Source: Patescibacteria group bacterium
Lineage (GTDB): Bacteria; Patescibacteriota; Minisyncoccia; UBA6257; UBA9933
NCBI GenBank assembly: GCA_038078555.1
Contig: JBBTYQ010000008.1
Coordinates: forward strand, 1 to 56,182
Direction: 5' to 3'
Length of the DNA: 56,182 nucleotides
The position numbers and the translations under genes are program-made. A model generated the notes under the pieces. It was given only the letters and a program-made list of their open reading frames with translations. It did no database searches and had not been told where the DNA came from. The number at the start of each line of letters is the position of its first letter. Positions within the stretch are counted from its first letter, which is position 1. Of this stretch, positions 28,466 through 38,226 are shown in pieces.

Positions 28466-28966
28466 ATGAAACAAAGTTTGCGTCGTAATACTAAAATCTA
28501 CGATGATTCGCCTGTTCCCCTTACTCCAGAAGGGCTCAAACGCTTAGAACGCCGCCTTTTGCGATTAAAACAAGCGCTTCCAAATTTAATAAGCGAGACA
28601 GCGCGGACAGCCGCCTATGGCGACCGTTCGGATAATGCGGAATACAAAGATGCAAAATCTACGCTTCGGCGCACGCACCGGCAAATTTGGAGTATTGAAC
28701 AGCAGTTGAGAAAAGTACAAATAATTAATTCCGATAAAAATAATTTCTCCACAGTGCAACTGGGCTCAACCGTAGTACTTGAATCTCAAAAAGGCATTAA
28801 GAAAACATTTCAAATTGTCGGTTCTTATGAAACTAATCCCGGCAGAGGACGCATCTCCCATCTTTCGCCTCTCGGCGCCGCGCTTATGAATCACGCGAAA
28901 GGAAATGTGATAACTTTTAAAACCGCGCAAGGCCATCAGGAATACCGTATTCTCGAGATTCGATGA
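28466..28966 (+). CDS. GreA/GreB family transcription elongation factor
   Basis: LTPEG, GDRSDNAEY, ISHLSPLG.AL. Confidence 0.9.
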   Translation: MKQSLRRNTKIYDDSPVPLTPEGLKRLERRLLRLKQALPNLISETARTAAYGDRSDNAEYKDAKSTLRRTHRQIWSIEQQLRKVQIINSDKNNFSTVQLGSTVVLESQKGIKKTFQIVGSYETNPGRGRISHLSPLGAALMNHAKGNVITFKTAQGHQEYRILEIR

Positions 28967-29036
28967 TTCAAAGATTCAGACTAATTCAACAAAATCGCTT
29001 GTATCTAAGCGATTTTAAAGCTACAATACGCTACTT

Positions 29037-30497
29037 ATGCCTCCACAAGAAGGAGACGTGATTCTCCGTTTTAATAATGTTTCGTTTAGTTTTGGCAATA
29101 ATAAACCCATTTTGAATGAGGCAACATTTTCCGTGCGCCGTGGGTCAAAAATTACACTTATGGGCCAGAATGGCGCCGGCAAAAGTACTATTTTTCAACT
29201 CATCACAAAATCTTTAGAGCCGGAAGCGGGTACGGTCATAATTAGCAATGGACTTACTATTGCAACGGCGCGGCAGGTTATTGCGCGCGACGAGATGGAT
29301 TTAACGGTTCGAGAATTTTTTGAGAAATTGTTTCCTAAAAAAATATATGATATCGAGCCTCGTATCGAAAATATTTTAAAAGTCGTTCATTTGCATGCGC
29401 CTTTAGATAAAGCGCTTCGGACATTTTCCGGCGGACAGCAAGCGCGTTTGCTCCTTGCGCAAGCGCTAATTCAAAATCCGGATATTCTTCTTCTTGATGA
29501 GCCGACTAATAACCTTGATAAGCAAGGCATCGCGCACCTTACAAATTTCTTGATTGATTATAAAAAAACCTGCATTGTTATTTCTCATGATGCTGATTTT
29601 TTGAATTCTTTTACCCACGGCGTTTTATACCTTGATGTGTTTACTAAAAAAATCGAGCAGTACGCCGGAGACTATTTTGATGTTGTTAAAGAAATCAGCG
29701 CGCGGCTTGAACGCGAGCGCATGAAAAACGTTCGTCTTGAAAAAGATATTCAACACCGCAAAGAGCAGGCGAATTTTTTTGCTCAAAAAGGCGGCCATAT
29801 GCGCGATGTCGCGCGGAAAATGAACGAAAAAATCCAAGAACTTGAAAGCGATATCGTGGAAACACGCCAAGAAGACAAAACCATCAGAAGCTTTATTATC
29901 CCCTGTCAGCCGGATATTAGCGGCCGCATTTTGGAACTCAATTCCGTCTCAATTATGAAAAACCAAAAAACAATTACAAAAAAAGTGCAGATTACCCTCA
30001 AGAAAAAAGAGCGGCTTCTTCTCGCGGGTCCGAATGGCATCGGCAAAACCACGCTTCTCGAAAAATTCGCAACCGGACACGCAAAAGGCGAATATGTAAC
30101 GCCGGGAATCCATATCAGCTACTACCGCCAGGATTTTTCAACACTCGATTTTGAACGTACGGTATATGAAACACTCGCAAAAGCCATGAAAAACGGCACA
30201 GAACAAAATCTCCGTTCAACTGCGGCCGGCTTTTTGCTTAATGCGGAAATCTTAAAAACAAAAGTCGGCTCGCTTTCCGAAGGGCAAAAAGGACTCGTTG
30301 CTTTTGCAAAAATTTCTCTGGAAATGCCCGGGCTTCTTATTTTGGATGAACCAACAAACCACATCAACTTCCGACACATTCCTGTGATTGCCAAAGCGCT
30401 AGACTCTTATGAAGGCGCAATGGTCCTCGTGAGCCACGTTCCGGATTTTGTAAAAAAAATCCGCATCGACTACACGCTTGATCTTGAAACGCTTTAA
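29037..30497 (+). CDS. ABC-F family ATPase
   Basis: Two ABC domains (GQNGAGKS, GPNGIGKT, LDEPTN twice), no transmembrane segments. Confidence 0.9.
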   Translation: MPPQEGDVILRFNNVSFSFGNNKPILNEATFSVRRGSKITLMGQNGAGKSTIFQLITKSLEPEAGTVIISNGLTIATARQVIARDEMDLTVREFFEKLFPKKIYDIEPRIENILKVVHLHAPLDKALRTFSGGQQARLLLAQALIQNPDILLLDEPTNNLDKQGIAHLTNFLIDYKKTCIVISHDADFLNSFTHGVLYLDVFTKKIEQYAGDYFDVVKEISARLERERMKNVRLEKDIQHRKEQANFFAQKGGHMRDVARKMNEKIQELESDIVETRQEDKTIRSFIIPCQPDISGRILELNSVSIMKNQKTITKKVQITLKKKERLLLAGPNGIGKTTLLEKFATGHAKGEYVTPGIHISYYRQDFSTLDFERTVYETLAKAMKNGTEQNLRSTAAGFLLNAEILKTKVGSLSEGQKGLVAFAKISLEMPGLLILDEPTNHINFRHIPVIAKALDSYEGAMVLVSHVPDFVKKIRIDYTLDLETL

Positions 30498-30576
30498 TAA
30501 AATACTTGATTCAAAAATACAACTTTAAAAAAGCCGCTTCTTTTTAGAAGAGAAAGCTAGCCAATTAAATGCTCTA

Positions 30577-31827
30577 TCAGCGGCGAAAACGATTTCTCCC
30601 TTGAGACCCTTGGGATCCTCGAGATCTCTGGGGTCTTTGAGCATAAGAAGAGCGCTGTCGCGTATATGGAGCGCTAAATCTATCATCAGGCCGATGTTCT
30701 ATTACTCGATGAGGAGGAAGCTCGGGAAGTTTGCGCAAAGGCAAAGCAGCGCGCATAAGGCGTTCAATATTTTTCACGTCTCCGCGCTGATCCGGAGTTG
30801 CAAAAGAAATCGCGTTACCGGCAGCTCCAGCGCGAGCGGTTCGGCCAATGCGATGGATATAATCTTCCGCATTATCCGGAAGGTCATAATTAAGCACCAG
30901 CTCTATACCTTTTACGTCTATGCCTCGGCTGGCGATATCAGTCGCAACTAATACGCGGTATCTTCCGTTTTTAAATCCGTCAAGCGCCATTCTGCGCTGG
31001 CTTAATGATTTGTTAGAATGAAGCTCGGTCACCATATGCCCAAGCGCTCGGATGCCTGTAGCAATTTTCTTTGCGCCGAATCTTGTCCTTGAAAACACCA
31101 GCACCGAACCTTTATATTCCGAAAGAAGTTTTTCTAAAAGCCGGGGTTTGTCCGAGCGTGATATGAAAAAAAGTTCCTGCCTTACTTTTTCGCTTGCTGT
31201 TCCGGAAGGCGCAATTTCAATGCGCAGCGGCATCTTCATATACGATTGTGCCATATGAACGATTGTATTTGGCATTGTTGCGGAAAAAAGCATTGTTTGG
31301 CGCTCTTTCGGAACTGTTGATAAAATTTGATTTAGTTGAGGGGCAAATCCCATATCAAGCATTCGGTCGGCCTCATCAAGCACAAGAATACTTATGTCTT
31401 TAAGTGAAAGGGTTTTTTGCCGAAGATGGTCTATCATTCTTCCTGGGGTGCCGATAATAATTGTTGGGTTTTTTCGCAAAGCCTGCAGTTGCCGATACAT
31501 TGGTTCTCCGCCAACAAGAAGAGCGGTCCGCACTCCAAGAGAAGCGCCGATTTTATTAAATGTTTGTTCAACTTGAAGCGCGAGTTCGCGCGTAGGAAGA
31601 ATGACCAGCCCGCGTTTTCCTTGAAGCGTCGCCTGAATCACGGGAATTCCAAATGCGAGTGTTTTTCCCGTGCCGGTTTGAGCAAGCCCGATTAAATCTT
31701 TTCCCTCTATTGCGGGAGGAATTGATTTTTCTTGAATAGGCGTAGGAATTTTAAAATTATGCCTGTCTAAAATAGCGAGAACATTCGGCGCGATGCCGAG
31801 TCCGTAAAAACTGGAAGAGTGAACCAT
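30577..31827 (-). CDS. DEAD-box RNA helicase (RhlE-like)
   Basis: AQTGTGKT, PTRELA, DEAD, SAT, HRIGRTAR, RS/RG-rich tail. Confidence 0.95.
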   Translation of the reverse strand: MVHSSSFYGLGIAPNVLAILDRHNFKIPTPIQEKSIPPAIEGKDLIGLAQTGTGKTLAFGIPVIQATLQGKRGLVILPTRELALQVEQTFNKIGASLGVRTALLVGGEPMYRQLQALRKNPTIIIGTPGRMIDHLRQKTLSLKDISILVLDEADRMLDMGFAPQLNQILSTVPKERQTMLFSATMPNTIVHMAQSYMKMPLRIEIAPSGTASEKVRQELFFISRSDKPRLLEKLLSEYKGSVLVFSRTRFGAKKIATGIRALGHMVTELHSNKSLSQRRMALDGFKNGRYRVLVATDIASRGIDVKGIELVLNYDLPDNAEDYIHRIGRTARAGAAGNAISFATPDQRGDVKNIERLMRAALPLRKLPELPPHRVIEHRPDDRFSAPYTRQRSSYAQRPQRSRGSQGSQGRNRFRR

Positions 31828-31860
31828 TTGTAATAAATTAGTTTTATTCTATTCTTTTAA

Positions 31861-32262
31861 TTAAGAAAGATAAGTGTTTAACCTTTTATAAATTTCGTTA
31901 GTTGATTTTCTGAATAATTCTCTCTTTTTCCAAAAAGAATTACTGTCTGAAACGTCTTTATTCTGAATTTTGCTCAAATCCTTGATTGTCATATATCTCA
32001 CGTGTCCCAAATCGGCATCAGATCCGATATTAATATCTTCTAATCCTTGATAGATTTGCTTTAATAAAGCATATTTACTGGGAATATTCAGTTCTCGGTT
32101 AACTTTTATGCGCTGTGAAAGACCATCCAAGAGAGATGGGTTTAATTCTATATATTTAATAAAATCGTGAATTGCCACAAAAAAATCAAAACTAGGCGGT
32201 GTTTCCATGATTTTCTGAAATTTCTTATCCAAATCAAGCTTTGTCTTCTCTAATATCTTCAT
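31861..32262 (-). CDS. hypothetical protein
   Basis: ORF; likely start MKILEK. Confidence 0.6.
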   Translation of the reverse strand: MKILEKTKLDLDKKFQKIMETPPSFDFFVAIHDFIKYIELNPSLLDGLSQRIKVNRELNIPSKYALLKQIYQGLEDINIGSDADLGHVRYMTIKDLSKIQNKDVSDSNSFWKKRELFRKSTNEIYKRLNTYLS

Positions 32263-32386
32263 ATCTATAAGCTTACCAGAAACGTGCCTAAATAGCAATT
32301 TTTTAAAACTATAATTAAAATAATATAAAAAAGCCTTCAATCCGTCAGTTGACGAATCGAAGGCTCAAACTTGACTCTAACGAGTC

Positions 32387-32929
32387 TTACTCTATTTTTT
32401 TGCGCTTCTTTGCTTTCTTTAACTTTAAAATACGAGAAATCTGAATACTGGTTTTTTTAGGCTTTACAAAAAACTCTTCCTTTTGGACAATCTTGATGCC
32501 CTCAACAGCTTCGGCTTCTATCCGTCTCTCAAGTATTGCCTTTTTATTGATTGATTCTTTAATCCGAATGAAATCCGTAAAACCCAACTCTTTGAGACGC
32601 TTTAGCACTTTCTGATTGCTGCGAATATCTACTGATGGCGGATTCAAGTGCCAACCCATCTTTCCGTTGAATAACTTTATTGTCTTGCATTTCTCGTCTG
32701 CGATTATTTCTCGCCGATATTTTTCAGCGTAAATCATAAGACCGGTTAAAATATCGTTTATGGCCTTTTTGTATCGAGAAATCGCCGGAGCCGCTTCATC
32801 CATCGCCTTCTTTATTTTTTTATTCAACTCCACCTCTTCATGCGCCAGTTCCAACTGATATGATCCCATCTGGCCAATGAGATTATTAACTACTCCCAAA
32901 GAAGATGGTACGAAAATTTTTGACCTCAT
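32387..32929 (-). CDS. Mu Gam-like host-nuclease inhibitor
   Basis: Coiled N-terminus, KTIKLFNGKMGW..NPPSV, FIRIKESINKKA, EGIKIVQKEEFFVKP. Confidence 0.85.
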   Translation of the reverse strand: MRSKIFVPSSLGVVNNLIGQMGSYQLELAHEEVELNKKIKKAMDEAAPAISRYKKAINDILTGLMIYAEKYRREIIADEKCKTIKLFNGKMGWHLNPPSVDIRSNQKVLKRLKELGFTDFIRIKESINKKAILERRIEAEAVEGIKIVQKEEFFVKPKKTSIQISRILKLKKAKKRKKIE

Positions 32930-33300
32930 CAGCATACCTCCTTTTTTTCTTCTACAAAACGCTCGATTACGGACATGACACTTGGCACCATGCCCTGCTT
33001 TTTAAGAAGGAAACTGTCAGCCCCAGCCGCCAAAGCGACGCCTTTTAATTCAATGTCACTGGTTAAAAAAATCACTTTCAAGCCTGGATGATTCAATTTT
33101 GCATATCTTGTAACTTCCTCGCCTCTTTTTTTGGGCATCTGGCCGTCAGTAATAACCACATCTATTCCGATCTTTTCGCCTATCATCTTTATTCCCTCTT
33201 CACCGTTATTTGCGGTCAAAACCTCATGACCTTCTATCTCAAGTAACATCTTAAATATGTCTCTTATGCTCTCCGAATCGTCAATAACGATTATCCTCAT
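32929..33300 (-). CDS. stand-alone response regulator receiver (CheY-like)
   Basis: VIDD, ITDGQMP, FLTS, K. Confidence 0.88.
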   Translation of the reverse strand: MRIIVIDDSESIRDIFKMLLEIEGHEVLTANNGEEGIKMIGEKIGIDVVITDGQMPKKRGEEVTRYAKLNHPGLKVIFLTSDIELKGVALAAGADSFLLKKQGMVPSVMSVIERFVEEKKEVC

Positions 33301-33467
33301 ACTCCCTCCTTCCTTTTGTTTTGTTATTTTGGAAAATTGCTATCTATATTTATAAACAAAAATAATACATTTGTCAAATAACAAAATATTTTACTTTTAA
33401 CTGTCAAATCCTATTTTTAAAAAATAAAAATCTGGAAAAGATTAATTTAATATGATAAAATAAAAAA

Positions 33468-35147
33468 ATGACAACCGGAATTTTTGAACTTGCGATAATC
33501 ACTTTAATTGCTACAGGGTTGGGCATTGCGGCAAAATTATTTAAACAGCCGATTATTTTAGCTTATTTAATTGCCGGAATCGCAATCGGCTATTTTGGTT
33601 TTTTCCATATCGGCGACAAAGAAGTTTTTGAAATATTTTCAGATCTGGGAATAATGTTCTTACTTTTTCTGGTGGGCTTGGAAATTAATTATGCTTCTTT
33701 AAGATTAGTGGGCAAAACTTCCATTTTAATCGGGCTTGGCCAGGTTCTTTTCACTTTTATCGCCGGATTTATAATCGCCACTCTTTTTAATTTCAGCTAT
33801 CTTCATGCCGGCTATATCGCCATTGCTCTGACTTTCTCAAGCACCGTTATTGTTGTAAAACTTCTTTCAGAGAAAAAAGATTTAAACAGCTTATATGGAA
33901 AAATAAGCATCGGTTTGCTCTTGGTCCAGGATTTTGTGGCTATCATGCTTTTAATATTTCTGGCGGGCATTGAAGCAAACAGCAATTTTTCTTTTTTAAG
34001 CATATTTCTAACAATACTAAAAGGCGTGGCTTTATTTGCTTTAATGATTTATCTGGGCAGAAAAATTATGCCTAAAATTTTTGATAAAATCGCCCATTCC
34101 CAGGAACTTTTATTTTTAACGAGTCTTGCTTGGGTATTTTTAATTTCCACATTAGTGAGCAAAACCGGATTTTCCATAGAAATCGGCGGATTTTTAGCGG
34201 GCTTAGCTCTGGCCAATTCCTCGGAAAGTTTCCAAATAGCCAGCCGCATTAAATCTCTGCGTGATTTCTTTATCCTTATATTTTTTGTAATACTGGGCTC
34301 TTCTCTAATATTTTCCGATTTTTCCGGAATTATAATCCCCATAATCGCATTTTCGCTTTTTGTGCTTATCGGCAACCCTTTGATTATTTTGATAATAATG
34401 GGTCTTATGGGCTATAAAAAACGGACTAGTTTTTTAACAGGCATCACCATCGCCCAGATTTCCGAATTCAGTTTGATTTTAGCGGGCTTAGGATTTAAAT
34501 TAAATCATCTTGATGCAAAAGTCGTGTCTTTAATAACAACTGTCGGCATTATCACTATTATTTCTTCCACTTATTTTATAGTTTACGCTGACAAAATTTT
34601 TAAACTGTTGAATCGCTTCCTTTCAATATTTGAACGTCAAAAATCAAAAGAAAACGGGTTTTATAAAAAAGAATCTGCCAAACCGGTAATTTTAATAGGT
34701 TGCCATCGAACCGGCCAAAGTATCGCTTCAGCCATTCCAAAAGAAAATTTGCTTGTAATAGATTTTGACCCTGACGTGATAAACAGCCTTAAAAAACACG
34801 GTTATGATTATATTTTCGGCGATATATCAGATCCGGAAATTTTTGAACGCTCTAACATTGAAAACAGCCGCTTCGTAATTTCCACCAGTCCGGACATTGA
34901 AGATAATCTGACGATTTTATCTTTAATTAGAAAATTACCCAATAAACCAAAAATAATACTGCGAGCCAGAACTGAAAAAGAAGCTCGCGCGCTTTACGCC
35001 TCAGGCGCTGATTATGTTTTACTGCCTCATTTTACCGCCGGTCAATACTTGGGAAAAACTTTTGCCATTGACCCGGAAATGAAAATCTTGGAACAGCTTA
35101 AAAACAAAGACTTGGAACTTATGGAGAAGATTAATCACCAAGTCTAG
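33468..35147 (+). CDS. CPA2 cation:proton antiporter with TrkA-N domain (KefB/KefC-like)
   Basis: FLLFLVGLE, LSSTV-like, LLVQD, QISEFS, C-terminal GCHRTG. Confidence 0.9.
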   Translation: MTTGIFELAIITLIATGLGIAAKLFKQPIILAYLIAGIAIGYFGFFHIGDKEVFEIFSDLGIMFLLFLVGLEINYASLRLVGKTSILIGLGQVLFTFIAGFIIATLFNFSYLHAGYIAIALTFSSTVIVVKLLSEKKDLNSLYGKISIGLLLVQDFVAIMLLIFLAGIEANSNFSFLSIFLTILKGVALFALMIYLGRKIMPKIFDKIAHSQELLFLTSLAWVFLISTLVSKTGFSIEIGGFLAGLALANSSESFQIASRIKSLRDFFILIFFVILGSSLIFSDFSGIIIPIIAFSLFVLIGNPLIILIIMGLMGYKKRTSFLTGITIAQISEFSLILAGLGFKLNHLDAKVVSLITTVGIITIISSTYFIVYADKIFKLLNRFLSIFERQKSKENGFYKKESAKPVILIGCHRTGQSIASAIPKENLLVIDFDPDVINSLKKHGYDYIFGDISDPEIFERSNIENSRFVISTSPDIEDNLTILSLIRKLPNKPKIILRARTEKEARALYASGADYVLLPHFTAGQYLGKTFAIDPEMKILEQLKNKDLELMEKINHQV

Positions 35148-35209
35148 TTATCAAGCTAATAAGCAAAAAAGCCAATAAGCTAATCAGCTAAAAAACTAAC
35201 AAGCTTATA

Positions 35210-36130
35210 TTAGATCTTAAGATATTTTCTTACCGCGATATATGAAGAAATAATTCCCAAACCAATTCCAAGCATTAGCTGTCTGCCGATTAAACTAAAA
35301 GTATTGGTTGTGAAATAATTCCATAAATTCATTTCCGGAATAAAAATTTTAAGATAAGGGGAAATAAAATAAACTATCGGCATCACCAATAAAAAGCTTA
35401 AAACTCCGGCGATCAAACCGTAAATTAATCCTTCAATAACATAAGGGCCTCGAATAAAAACATTGGAACCGCCCACCAGCCTCATGATGCCGATTTCCTC
35501 GCGGTTGGAGTAAATTGCCAGCCGGATAGTATTAAAAGTTATCAAAATTGAAACTACGGAAAAAATAACTGTTAAGAATAAACCTGATTGCCTGATAGTA
35601 TTGATAATTTTATTTAAACGGTTAATTACCACTTCGTTTTGAGCGTAAGAAATTTTTTCAATAAAATCTTTGGAAGCCTCATTTTTAAGCTTGCTGTCGA
35701 TAACCACATAATCTTCCGGATTATAAGCTTTGATATTTAAAGAGGCGGCTAATGGATTTTCGCCTAATTCTTCAAGAGCCTTAGAAATAGTTTCAGAAAT
35801 TTTCGGGTCATCCGCGTGCTGGCTCTTAAAAATTTCCAAAGCTCTGTCTCGGGAAATATAATCCACTTTTTTTACTTCAGCCAAGCTCTCCAATGATTTT
35901 CTTAAGCTTAAAATTTCGTCTTCAGGCGCGTCTTCTTTAAAATAAACACTGATATCAATTTTATCTTTTAAAGCGCTTAGGGCAGTATCAGTCAAAACAT
36001 TAAAAATAACTAATCCTTCAAAAACCATTAAAGCCAAAACTATAATGGAAATTGTTGCCGTAGAAAGCCAGCCGTTTCTCCAAAAACCCAATAATCCGTA
36101 TTTTATTATTCTAAATAGTGCAGTAAGCAT
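35210..36130 (-). CDS. ftsX: cell division permease FtsX
   Basis: ENPL.AS, NTIRLAIYS.REEI.IMRLVG. Confidence 0.92.
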   Translation of the reverse strand: MLTALFRIIKYGLLGFWRNGWLSTATISIIVLALMVFEGLVIFNVLTDTALSALKDKIDISVYFKEDAPEDEILSLRKSLESLAEVKKVDYISRDRALEIFKSQHADDPKISETISKALEELGENPLAASLNIKAYNPEDYVVIDSKLKNEASKDFIEKISYAQNEVVINRLNKIINTIRQSGLFLTVIFSVVSILITFNTIRLAIYSNREEIGIMRLVGGSNVFIRGPYVIEGLIYGLIAGVLSFLLVMPIVYFISPYLKIFIPEMNLWNYFTTNTFSLIGRQLMLGIGLGIISSYIAVRKYLKI

Positions 36131-36207
36131 AATTTTAAATTATATAATGCAAATCGCTAAAAGATAAATAATAACTCTTTATACTTTTTATATTTGACGC
36201 TCTGCGA

Positions 36208-36900
36208 TTAAACTACGCCGTATTTTCCCTTTTCTTCATCCTTAACAATTTTGCCGTCTTCTAAACTTATTACTCTTTTATTCAAATTATCCACTATTTC
36301 TTTGTTGTGAGTGGCTAAAATAATAATTGTTCCAAGCTCGTTTATTTTCAAAAGCAACTTGATAATTTCCGCTGAATTCATCGGGTCTAAATTTCCCGTC
36401 GGCTCATCGGCAATAATTACATCAGGGTGATTTATCATGGCCCGGGCAATCGCCACTCTTTGCTTTTGTCCGCCGGAAAGCTCTTTGGGAAAATTAAACA
36501 TTTTATCCTCAAGCCCCACCATTTTAAGCGCCTGCGGCACAAATTCCTTTATTTCATTCTGAGGTCGACCGGCCACCTCTAGTGCAAAAGCCACGTTCTC
36601 ATATGCGTTTTTATTGGCCAACAGCCGAAAATCCTGAAAAATAACGCCAATATGACGCCTTAATTGAGGCAGTTTTCTGGCTTTTAATTTATTTACTTCA
36701 TGGGGTCCAAAAATCACCCTGCCCTTAGTAGGTTTTTCTTCGCCGATCAACAATTTAATAATGGTTGATTTGCCGACTCCTGACTTGCCCACCACCGAAA
36801 CAAACTCACTTGGATTGATTGTAAAATTAATATCCTCCAAAGCCGTCGTGGAACGGCCGTTATTTTTATAAATTTTAGAAACGCCTTGAAAATTTATCAT
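36208..36900 (-). CDS. ftsE: cell division ATP-binding protein FtsE
   Basis: GKSGVGKST, IFQDFRLL, LSGGQKQRV, ADEPTGNLD; upstream of ftsX. Confidence 0.93.
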   Translation of the reverse strand: MINFQGVSKIYKNNGRSTTALEDINFTINPSEFVSVVGKSGVGKSTIIKLLIGEEKPTKGRVIFGPHEVNKLKARKLPQLRRHIGVIFQDFRLLANKNAYENVAFALEVAGRPQNEIKEFVPQALKMVGLEDKMFNFPKELSGGQKQRVAIARAMINHPDVIIADEPTGNLDPMNSAEIIKLLLKINELGTIIILATHNKEIVDNLNKRVISLEDGKIVKDEEKGKYGVV

Positions 36901-36946
36901 ATATTTAATTAACACTAATCACTAATTACTCAATCACTAACTTTTA

Positions 36947-38048
36947 TTATACCTCACTTTCCACAAATATCTCAATATTGCCGTCTAAAACATCTTCAAT
37001 TTTGGAAGTTTCTACATTTGTTCTATGGTCTTTGACTAATTGATAGGGATTTAAAACATACGAACGGATTTGACTGCCCCATTCCGGTTTAACTTTTGTT
37101 CTTAATTGCGATATTTCCTGAATCTTTGCTTCTTCCATTGATTTTATAAGTTTTGCTTTAAGCAATGCCATCGCTTTTTCCCGATTTTGCGCTTGCGAAC
37201 GTTCAGCGCGCGAACCGGCTGAAATTCCCGTGGGCAAATGGACTATTCTTACGGCAGTTTCCACTTTATTGACATTTTGTCCGCCAGGACCGCCGGCTCT
37301 GGCAAATTCAAGCTTTAAATCATCAGCCGGAATTTCAAATTTTTTATCCTCAATCTCAATAAGCTCAGGCAAAACTTCCACTAACGCGAAAGAAGTATGT
37401 CTTTTTTTTTCCGAAGAAAAAGGAGATATTCTTACCAAGCGGTGAACTCCGACTTCTTTTTTTAAAAATCCATAAACGTATTTGCCTTTTACCTCAATTG
37501 TTACGTTTTTTAGCGGATGACGGCCGGTTTTTGACTGATATTCTCCCCGGCTTTCGTCAATTACTTTAGTTTTCCAGCCTCGCCGCTCGCAAAACTTTCG
37601 ATACATTTCATAAAGCATAGACACCCAATCTTCGGCATCTTGGCCTCCAGCGCCGGCATATATTGAAATAACCGCCGATTGTTCATCATATTTTCCGGAA
37701 AATAATTGCTCAATTTCAATGTTTCTTAATTTTCGCTTAATATCGAAAATTGTTTTTCCGCCCTCTTCCACTAAATCTTTATTACTTGCATCCAATTGCG
37801 TAAAATTCATTTCCGCGCTTATTAAATCCTTTTCAACTTCATCAAAACGATAAAGAAAATCCCGCAGCTTGCCTGCTTCTTTATTTTTTTCTTCAGCCAA
37901 TTTCCTGTTTTTCCACAAATCAGGATCGGTTATTTCCATCTCCAATTCTCTAAGATGAATTCTTTTGGCCTCTATGTCAAAGCCGCCCGCCTAACCGGCG
38001 GGCTTGCTCTCTTAAATCATTAATTTGCTGCACTAATTCGTACATCAT
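36947..38048 (-). CDS. prfB: peptide chain release factor 2 with programmed +1 frameshift
   Basis: SPF and GGQ motifs; 23-codon first frame from ATG 38048 ending CTT TGA C at 37982-37976, continuing in the +1 frame. Confidence 0.95.
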
Positions 38049-38049
38049 G

Positions 38050-38122
38050 AGCCACCTCCGAGATTCGAACTCGGGACCTCTGCTTTACGAAAGCATTGCT
38101 CTGCCAGCTGAGCTAAGGTGGC
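38050..38122 (-). tRNA. tRNA-Thr(CGT)
   Basis: GCCACCTTAGCTCAGCTGGCAGAGCAATGCTTTCGTAAAGCAGAGGTCCCGAGTTCGAATCTCGGAGGTGGCT. Confidence 0.92.
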
Positions 38123-38226
38123 GCGGTAAATAATAAAAATTACCGCTTTATGTGGTAATTTATAAGATTTTACCACGCCTAAATCATTATCGCAATAAGA
38201 AAAAATTAATATAAATAAAATTTACT

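Noticed and set aside
37946-38048. prfB pseudogene or sequencing frameshift
   Set aside because: Canonical CTT TGA C programmed +1 frameshift
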